DNA from: Pseudogymnoascus verrucosus
Taxonomy: Eukaryota
NCBI GenBank assembly: GCA_001662655.1
Contig: KV460206.1
Strand: one strand, 5' to 3'
DNA: 64,000 bases
In this document: in pieces, positions 11,800 through 23,958 of the stretch
Layout of the letters: every line of letters starts with the position of its first letter
Numbering within the stretch: the stretch's first letter is position 1
The notes under the pieces: generated by a model
Database searches by the model: none
Told to the model about the DNA's origin: nothing
Seen by the model: the letters and a program-made list of their open reading frames with translations, nothing else
Made by a program: the position numbers and the translations under genes

Positions 11800-13003
11800 T
11801 TGGAATTTTTGGTGAGATACCAATCAGGTTGTATCAGCTGAACTCTGGCTAGCTGTGTATGATTGCATGACTATGAGGATTGGGAATGCAAAGAGCCTGC
11901 TTGCCCCAAGTTTAACAGCAGCCTAAATTTAGTTGGTAATCAAACCATGATGGCCAGAACTTGACAGAAACGTTGATTCCACTCAACCTGTAACATAATC
12001 GTGAGGCTACCACTCACCCGCCACTCCACTCCAGGCATGCCACTATATATGAAGAACAGTCATACTATCTCATCCGCTGGACGGTGAAGCAACTCTCATA
12101 AAATCACGTGAGCCTCCCACCGACAAAAGGAATATATTCGGGTGGATGTTTATGCCGCCTTTACAACTTGAGTTGGGCCCCAAGCCTTCAATATATCTCG
12201 AAAGTCCACCCACGTGTCTACGCTGAAGTATAATCGGGTAGATGTTTAAGCCGTCCTTACAACGCAAGTTGTCTCTTAAGTCGTAAATCTATCCCTAAAG
12301 TCGATGAAGCCTTCCTGGTTCATCGTTTCGCGGCCAAAATATGCCCCGTCTTATAAAGTTCAGCAATCATGAAAACGCAGGGCTTGCTTGGCAAGAAATC
12401 CCAGCAGCTTCACTTTTCAATACGATTTCTATTCCTACCCAATGGTAATCTTAATTTATGCCACGAGCTATTCCTCTGTTCAATGTCGCAGAAAAAGGCA
12501 CTTGATAGCCTGCAATTCGGCTGCGACGTCTACTGGCGCGACAGAGCACATACCGTATATACGGCCGTAAATGAGGCAGCAAATCTAGTCAAGGGGCAAG
12601 ATCTACAAGCAGGCAATTGAAATATACATTTTGTAGCTGTCAGGAGCGTTAATGCTTACGTTTAACCCTTTTTCAGAGTCTCGGGAGCAGCATTAAGCTT
12701 AGTCTCGCCCGTGAGAGGATGCAGAATTGGGGGGTAATTTGAATAACCAGAAACATCATTCTAAGATTATGAAGTTTAAGACGTAATGGAATCAATCGTC
12801 GAATTGCTTCTTTGTTCTGAGATTTGAAGAATGGTCACTATATAATCCTCTCGATCCCCCCCTTTCGACTAGACTCACCCTCCAAGCTCTCAAGTCTCAT
12901 ACTCAAACAATACAAGCAAAGCAGTAATAAACATACTATTCCATTTCCAAAACCACACTGATAAGCTAATATCAATAGACATACAACCAACCCATCCAGC
13001 ACA

Positions 13004-13336
13004 ATGAAGTTCCTCCAGCTCCTCGCTACTTCCGCCCTGCTCGGCCTCTCCATGGCCAACCCAACCCCTGACGCCAACGCCGACGTCGAGATCCCTGCCG
13101 ACCTTGACAAGCGTGCCTGCACTTCCCTCTCCTCCGCCAAATGCCACGGCTCCAGTGGTGTAAGCGGCGGCATCTACTGTGGCTACTGTGCGGCGATTCA
13201 AGGTACCGATTGGGCGATCGGAAATCACAGGTACTATGCCTACCAGATTAATGGGGCCACAAAGTCTTGCTGCTCCTATGGATATCGGGACTCTTGTGAG
13301 AAGAATGCTGGGTCTGCTCTCCAGTGCCCATTTTGA
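13004..13336 (+). CDS. Small secreted cysteine-rich preproprotein (Kex2 KR site, 73-aa mature part with 8 Cys)
   Basis: Signal peptide, acidic propeptide ending LDKR, C-rich codon usage, and 8 Cys including a CC doublet. Confidence 0.88.
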   Translation: MKFLQLLATSALLGLSMANPTPDANADVEIPADLDKRACTSLSSAKCHGSSGVSGGIYCGYCAAIQGTDWAIGNHRYYAYQINGATKSCCSYGYRDSCEKNAGSALQCPF

Positions 13337-13728
13337 GGGTTGAGCTGGGTTTGAAAAGATCAATGGGAACGGAAGGAAGGGAGAAGGGGGAAAACACCAA
13401 ATAAATTATTTAGTGATTCAAATATAACACCCCATCATCGCCTTGTAACTGCATCTAGGGGGCTGATGTACTAGGACTAAGGAAATTTGGAACAAGGAAC
13501 AAGTCAGTGATGAAGTGAGCCTACGCAGCAGAGTTCGGATTGCACCGCCAAGCAGAGCACTTGCACCTCTGAAGCGACCATGTTTCGGTTGCCTAAATTA
13601 CTTTGCGTCGCTCACATCAATCATACACCTACGCCGCACTACGCAGCCTCATCCCGGCGTCCCTAACAGCCGTTACTATATTGCAATACCAATATACCTA
13701 GTTCACTAAATTTAACTTTCCGTTCGCA

Positions 13729-14355
13729 ATGGCAGCATCTAGTTCCCTTGATGCTTTTCACCTTTTCCCTCGCCTTCCAACCGAACTTCGTCTCCAGATA
13801 TGGAAGTTTGCTGCTGTTCTACCTCGAGTTTTAACAGTGCGTTCGGTATTCTCGAATCTTAGCCTGCAGCCTAAGAGACTTGAATACTTTTACTCCCCCG
13901 ATCCTGCTCCGGCAATGTTCCTTGCTTGCCAAGAATCCCGTTTAGAAGCTCTTCCGTTATATACCAAGGCGTTCTCTGCTGATACACGATATATCTGGGC
14001 AAACTTCACTGTCGACACCATCAAAATCGACGATTACTCGTTGCCTGAGATAAAGCTCGCAGAAAGACAACTCATCCGTTGGTTGGTTGTGGAGTCGGTA
14101 TCCGCCGGACTTTACCATTATTATCGCTTTGGAGAAGTTCGAGGCTTTAGAAACTTAGAAGAAGTAGATATCTTGGTGTCAGATGAGATTTCTCAATGGG
14201 AAGGCTCTATTAATCATTTTCTGTATCATATGACGGTGCAATATGGTGAATTGGAGGATTGGGAATGGCCGAGAATTAGGATTTTCCAGCCGGAGACTGG
14301 GGTTGAAATGAATAGCCAGAAATATCACAGGGCTATAAATAGGGAGCGAGGCTGA
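13729..14355 (+). CDS. 2EXR-domain protein
   Basis: FHLFPRLPTELRLQIWK...PR.L; P..F.ACQESR.EAL..Y; IWANFTVDTI. Confidence 0.85.
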   Translation: MAASSSLDAFHLFPRLPTELRLQIWKFAAVLPRVLTVRSVFSNLSLQPKRLEYFYSPDPAPAMFLACQESRLEALPLYTKAFSADTRYIWANFTVDTIKIDDYSLPEIKLAERQLIRWLVVESVSAGLYHYYRFGEVRGFRNLEEVDILVSDEISQWEGSINHFLYHMTVQYGELEDWEWPRIRIFQPETGVEMNSQKYHRAINRERG

Positions 14356-14535
14356 TTTCGCAGAGGAAGAAGACGCAGGCAGATAAGTGAGAGCGATAGA
14401 GAAAGGGATTCAGAATAAATCCAGTACAAATGAGACTGGTGACATTCTTACAACTTCCGTCCACCAGTCTCATAATCATTGACATTTGATAATGACAGGC
14501 ATTCCAGGGCATCCCACTGTAAATAAATAACAGTC

Positions 14536-14584
14536 ACATACGACCATAGGCTCGAGAAAATTAGGTATCCCGTCCAGTCTGCCA
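14536..14584 (+). pseudogene. 5' fragment of a dispersed 5S rRNA gene
   Basis: ACATACGACCATAGG..GAAAATTAGGTATCCCGTCC..TCTGCCA matches the 5' half of Pezizomycotina 5S rRNA. The 3' half (TTAGTAGTTGGGTGGGTGACC box C region) is absent. Confidence 0.6.
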
Positions 14585-15246
14585 AAAGGCTTACCAGGCA
14601 GGAGAATGCTTCGACAGTTAAAGCGTTGATCATCCAAACGCAATATGAAAAGGCTTTTCTCGTTGGCCATCAATTCTCCATAATTCATAGACTCGACAGC
14701 TGCAGTAGGCACGTAATTTGACTGCAGGTGTATAGCGCGAAGTTGGCCATGATTGGCTCCATTCATGTCAACCTGGGGACAAATATCTACTGTAGCGGAA
14801 CGGGCCACACCCAGTCAAAGACGTTCGTTACACAACTATACTAAAATCTGACGGGATACACTGATGACTAATAAGTACGTTGCATATCATTTCCTATACT
14901 GCTTGTACGGTCTCATAGTTATCAAATATGTTACATAACTATGTAAAAATAGCTGGCGAAGCGGACAGGAGCTGTAGAAATAAGCTCAGTGCCTATATAG
15001 CAACCATTACTATTGCTAGTTCTATCTATTGTATATAAGCTCCATTTATTAAGATTTTCAGCAGTGAAAGGGATATGGCAGCCGAGGCCCTCTAACTCAA
15101 TGGCTAGCCGCTGCAACACAAAAGTAACAATGTTACGATTGCGAACACATAGTAAAAGTGGCATATTGGTCGTGAAGGTGGTGAAAATCTTGCCCGTAAG
15201 GCTCCCTAAGTTAAACGTACTACAGGCCCATGCCCTTTAACAGCAT

Positions 15247-16376
15247 TTACATCGACGAGTAGGTATAGCACAGAGGGCCTGCCTGGATATCCATGTAGTC
15301 CTTAACAATAGGTTCAGTATCGCCAAGCTCTAGGATGGGCATAGCATCGGTGATCGAGGCTGGAATGGTTCTGTCGGAGTCTTGAAAGCCGGCGTAGTCA
15401 GCCAAGCGGGTAGCGTTACGGCCCTGCCACTGTACTGGGGTTAGCAATTGCACCATTCGCTAGCAAAGAACAAAGAGATGAGTAGTCGTACCTTAGCCCA
15501 GGCACGGTCAACATTGGCATGATGCAGGAAAAATAGAGGCTCATTGGGCGATGTGGCGGGCCCCATGTCGCCAAAGATGACGCTATGGACTGCAGGTGTG
15601 TTAGTATATTCCAAGTAAGGCAAGGTAGGTAAAGACAAACTCTGTGCGTGCGGCAATCCCTCGAGCATGTTAACCATGTCGGGAAATTTATCGAAAGCGT
15701 AGATGGTGTTCATGACTGCAGAGTTGTACGCTCCTACTTGCATCTCGCCAATAATGATGTCGCCATTTTCATCGTTTCCCTCGCCACCGTTGAACTCGCG
15801 CGTGAAGCAGTGGAGGCGGTTGCCAGATTCGTTCATGTCAGGCCATCCCATAGCCAGCGTTAGGTTCGTATTGGCAAAGGGGCCATCGACTACGCAACGC
15901 TGGAAGCCCGGCTCATAACTGTCGGTGCGCTTGCCGTCGCCGCCAAAGCCGGTGACAGGGTCAAAGAGAGGAGAGTTGGGCATGTCCTTGGCATCAGCGT
16001 CAATGCTCCAGTCCCAGTACGGCTGGCTACCGGTGAAACCGCATTCGGTACGCAGCAGGTCTTCGTGCAGCTTCACATACCAGCGGTGCCACGGGAGGAA
16101 GTTGGCCACGAAGTGGATTTGCGTATTAAGGGCAAAGTGGGAATAGACCAAGTCGTCCATACGCGTGGTGACGGCGTCGATGTCGGCGTACTTCGCCTTA
16201 GGCAACCCGCGCAGGCACACAGCGGCACGGATGTACTCAGCCTTTTCGGCGTTGGTAAGCTCTCGCCATTCCTTGCGGATGACCGGGTTGGTGCAGGTGA
16301 CATTGGCACGGGTTATGGCGCTCGCGGCAGTGCCTACTGCGAGGGCGAAGATGGTAAGGATTGAGCGGGGAAGCAT
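15247..16376 (-). CDS. Secreted tyrosinase/catechol-oxidase-like type-3 copper protein (introns 15590-15640, 15430-15491)
   Basis: Signal peptide, C..P.IRKEWREL, CuA (H..IH..FLPWHR), PYWDW, CuB (PHAQIH..SPNEPLFFLHHANVDR). Confidence 0.92.
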
Positions 16377-17363
16377 TGTGAGAAGTGAGTACTGATTGGT
16401 TTATGGCGAAGGAAAGCTCAAGCCAAGAGGTGAGTGAAGATGAGAGAGTTGAGTGATGAAGCGACTGTGCGAGAGCTAATGGTCAAAAATGGCAGTGAAG
16501 ACTGAACTGTACATCTTGGAAACGTCCGCCTCTTTATATATGTCGTCTTGCAAAATGCCCTACTTCTAGAATGGGCCACTTCGAGACGGCCCCTCCGGAA
16601 TTACGATACCTACTCATGGGGCACACCGCAACGGCACTCACTCACTGGTGTCGTCGGCATAATAGACAATACTGCTAGTAGCCGTTGCAGTAGTCTAGTG
16701 TCGTCGCCCATGCGGTCGACCCTAGAAGCTATACGCGGGCCCGTTTTGCTCGTGTTCAAGTCACAGAACGGGGCGGCAGACAGGGAGGAAAGCTATACTA
16801 ATAAGACGATATATAGGGCTATACGATGTTACCTTCAGAAGCGACGCCAAGATATAATAATAGCTTCTTGGCAGCTAATCTCCTAGCTGCCCCACCCCCC
16901 TAACAATATATAGAAGTCTAATTAATGCATGAATCTGCGCCACAGCTTTACTAAAGATCATATTTCGTTGCTGTAAATACGAGGATATGACTAATACTAG
17001 TGGCATTATGCACAAATACACTATCTAACTGCTTTTGTTCATAAAATCCTATTTTTATCCGTTTTTACTCTTTAATAATTAATATAGTAGATCTTTTCTA
17101 TAATTTAGAGTCTTAGTAGTAATTTACTAACCATTAATGAAATATGAAAGCATTAGCGGTTAAACCGGCCGCCAACCACCATACTAGACGACCATCGCCG
17201 CTTTTAACCCTTACCCCTTATTTAGACCCTCCATTATATGATAGCGACCATCCCAACTTTAACTTAGAATATGCCGTCACTAGAGCAGTCAATTGTACTC
17301 TGTAGTTCTATAGGCCATTGGGCCCAATCTACATTTACTGGAATAACCACGCACATGATGGTC

Positions 17364-18815
17364 TTAGGCACTGGCCTGGATTCTATTATCAACTGGTGCC
17401 AACCCTCGCCCCATCCTTCCAATCTGCTCCGCGTAGTAAGCAGTTTGGACCCCGGCACCAACTTGCTTCAATCCAAATGTGCGGACTAAGAGAGGCATCT
17501 GTAACGCGGCCAGAGTGACATTAGCCTCTTCGTCCGAGACGTCCGTGGTGTTCAGTATGATCTCCTTTGGTAGTCTGGGTATCACAGCTGCTGGTCGTCC
17601 GATGCCGACAATATCACAGCCGCCCGATTTAAGAGCGTGCTCCATGCCGAGTCTAGTCCTGAAGCCGCCAGTGACCATGAGGACAAGCTCTGGGAATGTT
17701 TCTCGGACAGTTTTGGCGAATTCTAGGAAGAAACTCTCTCTCTGGAATGTCTTCTCCGCAGCGGCACTCGCGGGAGCTTTGGGGGTAGAGTCCGCCTCTG
17801 GATCGACCATCATTTTAGGATTCTCGTACGTGCCGCCGGAGATCTCGATGAAATCAATACCGCAGTCGGCCACAAGCTTGATTTGCTCCATAGTATCCGA
17901 CAGTGAGGCCGAAGAGGCTGCATCGACGCTGTTCATCTTGATACCAATACAGAACTCTTTACTTGTCGCTTTTCTAACAGCGCGGATGATGCGGAGGACA
18001 ATCTCAGCTCTCTTCGCAGGACTTCCGCCGAACTCATCGGTGCGCCGGTTTGTCTGGGGCGATAGGAATTGGGCAAGTAAATACCCGTGTCTGTGAGAAT
18101 CGTCAGTATCTAGTATGGGAGAGAATAGATAAAGCTTACGCTGCATGGAGCTGTACGCCTTTGAACCCAGCATCCAAACATTGCTTTGCAGCGGCCACGA
18201 ACTGATCCACTAGTCCGCCATCCCCTGAGATTTCGTCGACTGTCATCTCCCTTGGCGTTCCAAAAGCAAGAGAAACAGCAAGCTTATCGACTATCCTAGG
18301 TCCAAAGTCCAACTTCACGGCAGATGGAGCGACCGTCTTCTCAAAAAACCCTCGGCTGCCTGCTCCTGGGGGTGACTGCCGCCCTGGATGACATAGTTGG
18401 ACCACTGTTGGAGTTCCGTGACGCTGGCAGGTATCCGCCCAATGTTTCCACGTTTCCTGGAGGTCTTTGGAAGCTTGATCCGACGCATTGGACGAAATGG
18501 CGACATCTTTCACATTTCCCATATGAGTATCTGATACCATGACATTCCCTATGTGGTCTTAGTACGTATATGGCAGATTATGCTCAAATTTCTTACCAGT
18601 CAGCACCATGCCCCAATCACCGTCCGACCATTCCTCATACGCTTTTATAATTTCGTCGTTGGGAATGTGGTTGGGTGCTAGGTTCTCAGCCATCGCAGCC
18701 TGTATATTGTTAATGGTGAACCACCCACGTGCATTGGATCTTTCATCAGTACCTTAGAGAGGCGATTTGCGAAGCGGAGGCCGCAAGGCAGCACAATCTC
18801 TTGTGATAGAAGCAT
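17364..18815 (-). CDS. NADH:flavin oxidoreductase / old yellow enzyme family (4 exons)
   Basis: LPCGLRFANRLSK|AAMAE; QLCHPGRQ; AGFKGVQLHAA|HGYLLAQFLSP.TNRRTDEFGGS; IEISGGTYE; VGIGRPAA. Confidence 0.93.
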
Positions 18816-19865
18816 CTTCACGTAGTTCAATTACTAAGGATATCAATTACGAAGGATATTGAAAGGGCGCTGGAAATGGGCTCCTCATGAACTGGGACAG
18901 TGGTCGTTTCATAAGTTTCTACATATTGTCCAAACGGATAAACTCTAGCACCCGGCGGGGGCGATTTGCACCGAGGACAACCAGACTAGGCATTAGTGGA
19001 GCATATCCAAGATTTGATTTCTACGACGTTTTAGAATCTTTGCCTCTTGAGAACTTTTCACGGCGGGGCGTATGAGCCGAGGTTCGTCTCCACCACCAAA
19101 TACTGTTACTAAGCAAGTCACGTGCGAGGCACAGGACGGCAATGCCAGGGCGGAGAGTCTACAAGCCGACACCCCGTGCGGAGATATAAAGGAATGCGGA
19201 CCTCCGAAGGAGAGTCAGTAACTGCCGATAACGTGTGATTACTATTCAGTCCAAAGGGTCCTTACAAATACCCAATGTTTTTGTTTCGACTTTAGTTTTA
19301 TGCGGGTTTTCGCCCAGTGGTACCTGAAGAAATTGAAACATGCATTTTGCGCAGCAATCACATGATCTACATTGAAAACAAACAGGCACATTAATCACAC
19401 CGGCGCCGTAATCACATAGATCCCCCTACATCTCACCTTCACATGACCTCCAAGACGATATAGATGAAGCCCGTCGTCTAAATATGAGAAGGCTGGTAAG
19501 CGCGCTAGTAATCAGTGGTACGTACTACAAGCGCTTCCATCCCGCCCCTAAGCGAGGCTTGGCAGCCAATCACAGCCGATCCTCAGCCTCGCCAGCCAGC
19601 CTCCTCGAATAGCAGAGACAACAAGCTCGTGGTCCCCCAGCCATTTTCTAAACCCTCAGTTTTTGGCGAGGTGAGATATATCTCTGATGTGATGGAAAGA
19701 ATGGAGACTAAAGAGTCTGGAATGTTTCTGCTTTACTGCTCATCACATTTTTATTAACAAGCAAGCAAACGAAGAAAGACCGAAGTCAATCGTTGTGTTG
19801 GAGACGACTAAGCTTCGCTGAAGAGAGTCAACTCGCAAACGCTCTTTATCATATTAATATCCACG

Positions 19866-20366
19866 ATGCGCTCCCCGCTGCCACTCACGCCGCTTCTGGC
19901 TCTCTCGTCGGTGTACTCGCTCTCCCTCGCTCTACCACTCATATCGCGACCGGACAACTCGCAGCCAGAACCAGTTCTTGTAGCTCGCGCAAACTACTCC
20001 GTCGTTCCTGTCGACGGCGGCGCCCAGGGGGGCACAGTCACGGTTACACAGACAGTGGCTGCCAGCGCATCCGCAGCGGAGGTGTACATCACCGTCACGG
20101 CTTCTGCGGCAGTGATCACGGAGACGGTTATGGGAGCTGTGGCGACGCCGTCGGCCGTAAAGGAGTTTCAGACGGTGTATATCCCCACGACGGTGTACCA
20201 GTCCGTCGCAGCTCCAACGGCGGTTGCAATAGTGTCGACTGTGACGCTCAGCTCGAGCATCAGTGCATCCAGCTCGGCCAAGGTTTATGACAATGGGATG
20301 TGGCATACGACATACCCAGTGTGGTCAAACTCAACGACGACCCCGACACAAGCAGCGAGGAGGTAG
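19866..20366 (+). CDS. Secreted Ser/Thr/Val-rich hypothetical protein
   Basis: Signal peptide, YSVVPVDGG, T/V-rich middle, YDNGMWHTTYP near the C-terminus. Confidence 0.8.
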   Translation: MRSPLPLTPLLALSSVYSLSLALPLISRPDNSQPEPVLVARANYSVVPVDGGAQGGTVTVTQTVAASASAAEVYITVTASAAVITETVMGAVATPSAVKEFQTVYIPTTVYQSVAAPTAVAIVSTVTLSSSISASSSAKVYDNGMWHTTYPVWSNSTTTPTQAARR

Positions 20367-21081
20367 TTGATTTTGGATGGAGGGCACTACGAAGTGCTTT
20401 CATACCTTCATACCTTCATACCGAGCTACATAAGAGCTGCATGGAACTTATTCGGAAAGGGATCAGACGGTCGAGCTGTTGGAATACAGGCCCAGATCAA
20501 CACCGGCGAGGATAGAGAGCGCCGATTTGATATGTGTATATTAGGACACATATAGATGGAAAGACAAGCCAACGACACCACCGATACAGCGTCGATGATT
20601 TGCACGAACATCGCATCAAGATGAAGGCAGCGACGGGGCAAGGAGCGCACCAAGAGCTGGAAGGCGCAGGGCACAGGGAATAGGGGTGTCGTGTTGATCG
20701 AGCAGGGGATATATAAACTGTGATATTAGACTTACAAGAAATAATTAATAAACAACATAAACTGAAAATGTCGTTATAAACAATGCTCTATCATAAATGA
20801 GTTTGCTGTTGTGAGTGAGTGACGATCATATTGGAGTTCCAGTACAGTTTCTAACTGCCTTGGTCGAGGTGGACCCTGGCAGCCCGTCCCCGCGCTAGCG
20901 GATGACGCTGCTGTAGCGAAGACGCAGACGTCGTGACCTGCAAGGCCAACGTCCTGGGCCGCGCAAGCCAGTAATCAACCCTTTGAGTCAACAACTCCAA
21001 CGATTCCAGTTGAAAATCAATGCCCGTGCCATTGTACCCTGTCCCGACCAAGAACTGAATCCTACATCGCTGAACTCGACC

Positions 21082-23958
21082 ATGGCGACACCTCCGGCGG
21101 TGGAGGACCAGGCGCGGCTGCTTGAGGATGCCTTGACGGTGGTGAGGCAGCAGACGCACTTGATGCGCAAGTGCTTGGAGACGCCCGGGAAGCTTATGGA
21201 TGCGCTGAAGTGCAGGTGGGTAGCTCTTTTTGATTGAATCGATTTTCCGGAATGCTCGGGTTGGAGTCTTGTCTGTGTGTCGTAGTGCTAACTTAGATTG
21301 CGTAGCTCGACCTTGGTATCAGAGCTTCGAACGAGCAGTCTCGGCCCCAAACAATACTATGAGCTATATATGTCCGTATTTGATGCTCTCCGGCATCTAT
21401 CGGTGTACCTTCGCGAATCGCACCCTGTCAACCATCTGGCCGACTTATACGAGCTCGTCCAATATGCTGGCAACATCGTGCCCCGGCTCTACCTGATGAT
21501 CACCGTGGGCACCGTCTACATGGCCATTGACGATGCCCCGGTGAAAGAGATCATGAAGGATATGATGGAGATGAGCCGAGGAGTCCAGCACCCGATCCGC
21601 GGCCTCTTCCTGCGCTATTACCTGTCCGGACAAGCCCGCGACCACCTGCCAACGGGCAGCGGAGACGGACCGGAGGGGAACCTGCAGGACTCGATAAGCT
21701 TCATCCTGACGAATTTCGTGGAGATGAACAAGCTCTGGGTGCGTCTGCAGCACCAGGGCCATTCGAGGGAGCGGGAGCAAAGGACGAAGGAGCGACAGGA
21801 GCTCCAATTGCTGGTTGGCAGCAATCTCGTGCGGCTGAGCCAGCTGGTCGATCTGGAAGCATACAAAAACGTTATTTTGCAACCTCTGTTGGAGCAGGTT
21901 GTCCAGTGTCGCGATGTGCTTGCTCAGGAGTACCTGCTCGAGGTTATCACGCAGGTCTTCCCGGACGAGTTTCACCTTCATACCCTCGACCAGTTCTTAG
22001 CTGCTGTTTCACGACTCAACCCGCATGTCAATGTCAAGGCGATTGTGATTGGTCTCATGGATAGGCTGTCTGCGTTTGCGGCTAGGGAAACAGAGCCGGA
22101 ACCATTGGAGGAGCGGAAAAAGACCGAGGAGGATGCCCTCGTTAAGCTTTTGGAAGATGTACGCCTAAGTAGCGAGAAGAAGAAGAAAGAAGAGGAGGCT
22201 GCTTCTGCAGCTGCTGAGGGTGGAGACGATAAAAAGGGCGAGCCGGAGGAAAGCACTGACGAGCTTCCGAAATATGAAGAAGGCGCCGAGGCCTCAGAAG
22301 ACAAGAAAGAGGACAAGAAAGAAGAGCCCGCTGCACCAGACCCAGAGGATGAGCCTGCTAATGGCGAAGATGAGGCTGCCCCGGCAAAGAAGGGTAGAGG
22401 CATCCTGGATAACATCAAGTTATACGAGATATTCTTCGATCAGGTCATGAACTTGGTCACGGCTCAACACCTCCCAATACAAGACACAACGGCATTGCTG
22501 GTCTCCTTGGCCAACCTAGCTCTAAATATTTACCCGGAGCGATTAGATTATGTCGATAAGATCCTCGACTACGCAAACCACAAGTGCCAGCAACACGCGA
22601 ACAGTCCCGAGCTGCACTCGCAGGCCACCCAAACAAATATTCTCAGCCTTCTCCAGGCCCCCCTACAAAGTTACGCATCGATATTTACAGCGCTCTCTTT
22701 GCCCCAATATATACCCCTTATCAACTCGCAGACCTACCCTACACGGCGGGCTATTGCTGGTGAGGTGGCCAAGACCCTCTTGAAAACTTACACGAAGACG
22801 TCCACAGTGGCAGGATTAGAAAGCGTACTAGAGATCTTGAAGGTATTGATCAAGGAAGGGTCGCAGCCGCCGGCAGGTTACCCGGGTGTCCAGCAAAGAA
22901 GGGTCGTTGAGACGGACGAGACTATCGAGGAGCAAGGCTGGCTGGCTAGAATTGTTCATTTGATCCACAGCGATGACAATGATACGCAATTCAAGCTTCT
23001 TCAAGCCACCAAGAAAGCCTACTCAGAGGGCAACGAGCGCATCAAGTTCACAACCCCAGCCCTTATCACCAGCGCTATCAAGCTCGCCAACCGCTATAAG
23101 GCACGCGAGCACTACGATGACAACTGGTCCACGCAATCCTCCTCGCTGTACAAGTACATGCACTCCTCGCTTTCGACTCTTTACACCCGCGTCAACGGCG
23201 CCGCCGACCTATGCCTGCGCCAGTTCGTCGCCTGCGGTCAGATTGCGGACCAGAACGGCTTTGAGGAGGTGAGCTACGAGTTCTTCGCGCAGGCTTTCAC
23301 CATCTATGAGGAGGCTGTCAGCGACTCCCGCGCCCAGTTCCAGGCTGTCTGCATTATCGCGGGTGCGCTGCACGAGACGCGCAACTTCAGCAAGGAGAAC
23401 TACGATACCCTCATCACCAAATGCGCGCTTCATGGCAGCAAGTTGCTCAAGAAGCCGGATCAGTGCCGCGCGGTGTACTTGGCGAGTCACTTGTGGTGGG
23501 CTGTGCCGATCGCGGCGAAGGGCGAGGAGGACGAGAAAGGGGTAAGTTTCTTTATAACCCGGTAGAGTGTACTTTTGTACTGACGTTATTTAGCTTTACC
23601 GTGATGGCAAGCGCGTGTTGGAATGTCTCCAGCGCGCTCTTCGCGTCGCAGATGCATGCATGGACACCGCGGTGTCGGTGGAGCTCTTCGTTGAGATCCT
23701 GAACCGCTACGTCTACTACTTTGACCAGCAGAACGAGGCCGTGAGTTTCCCCTTTCCATCTCTACCATTGTTCGCGTCGTTAACAATAGCTAGGTGACTA
23801 TCAAGTACATCAACGGCCTCATCGAGCTTATCCACTCCAATCTCCAGACCAACCAGGACGCGGCTACGATTGAGGGCCCGAGGAGACACTTCGAACGCAC
23901 CCTGGAGTATATCGCTTCGAGAGAGTACGAAGGAGTCGTAATGACGGCTGCGAAGTGA
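21082..23958 (+). CDS. VPS35: Vacuolar protein sorting-associated protein 35 (retromer), 4 exons
   Basis: [68 protein letters not shown]. Confidence 0.98.

Noticed and set aside
12070..12620. Short ORFs between the ABM and Cys-rich genes
   Set aside because: No motifs, codon bias or consistent splice model.
10457..16376. Possible fungal RiPP cluster (tyrosinase + secreted peptides + ABM)
   Set aside because: No repeated Kex2-flanked core peptides and no DUF3328/UstY gene.
17203..17230. TAACCC/TTACCC telomere-like hexamers
   Set aside because: Only 2-3 degenerate units, compatible with chance.
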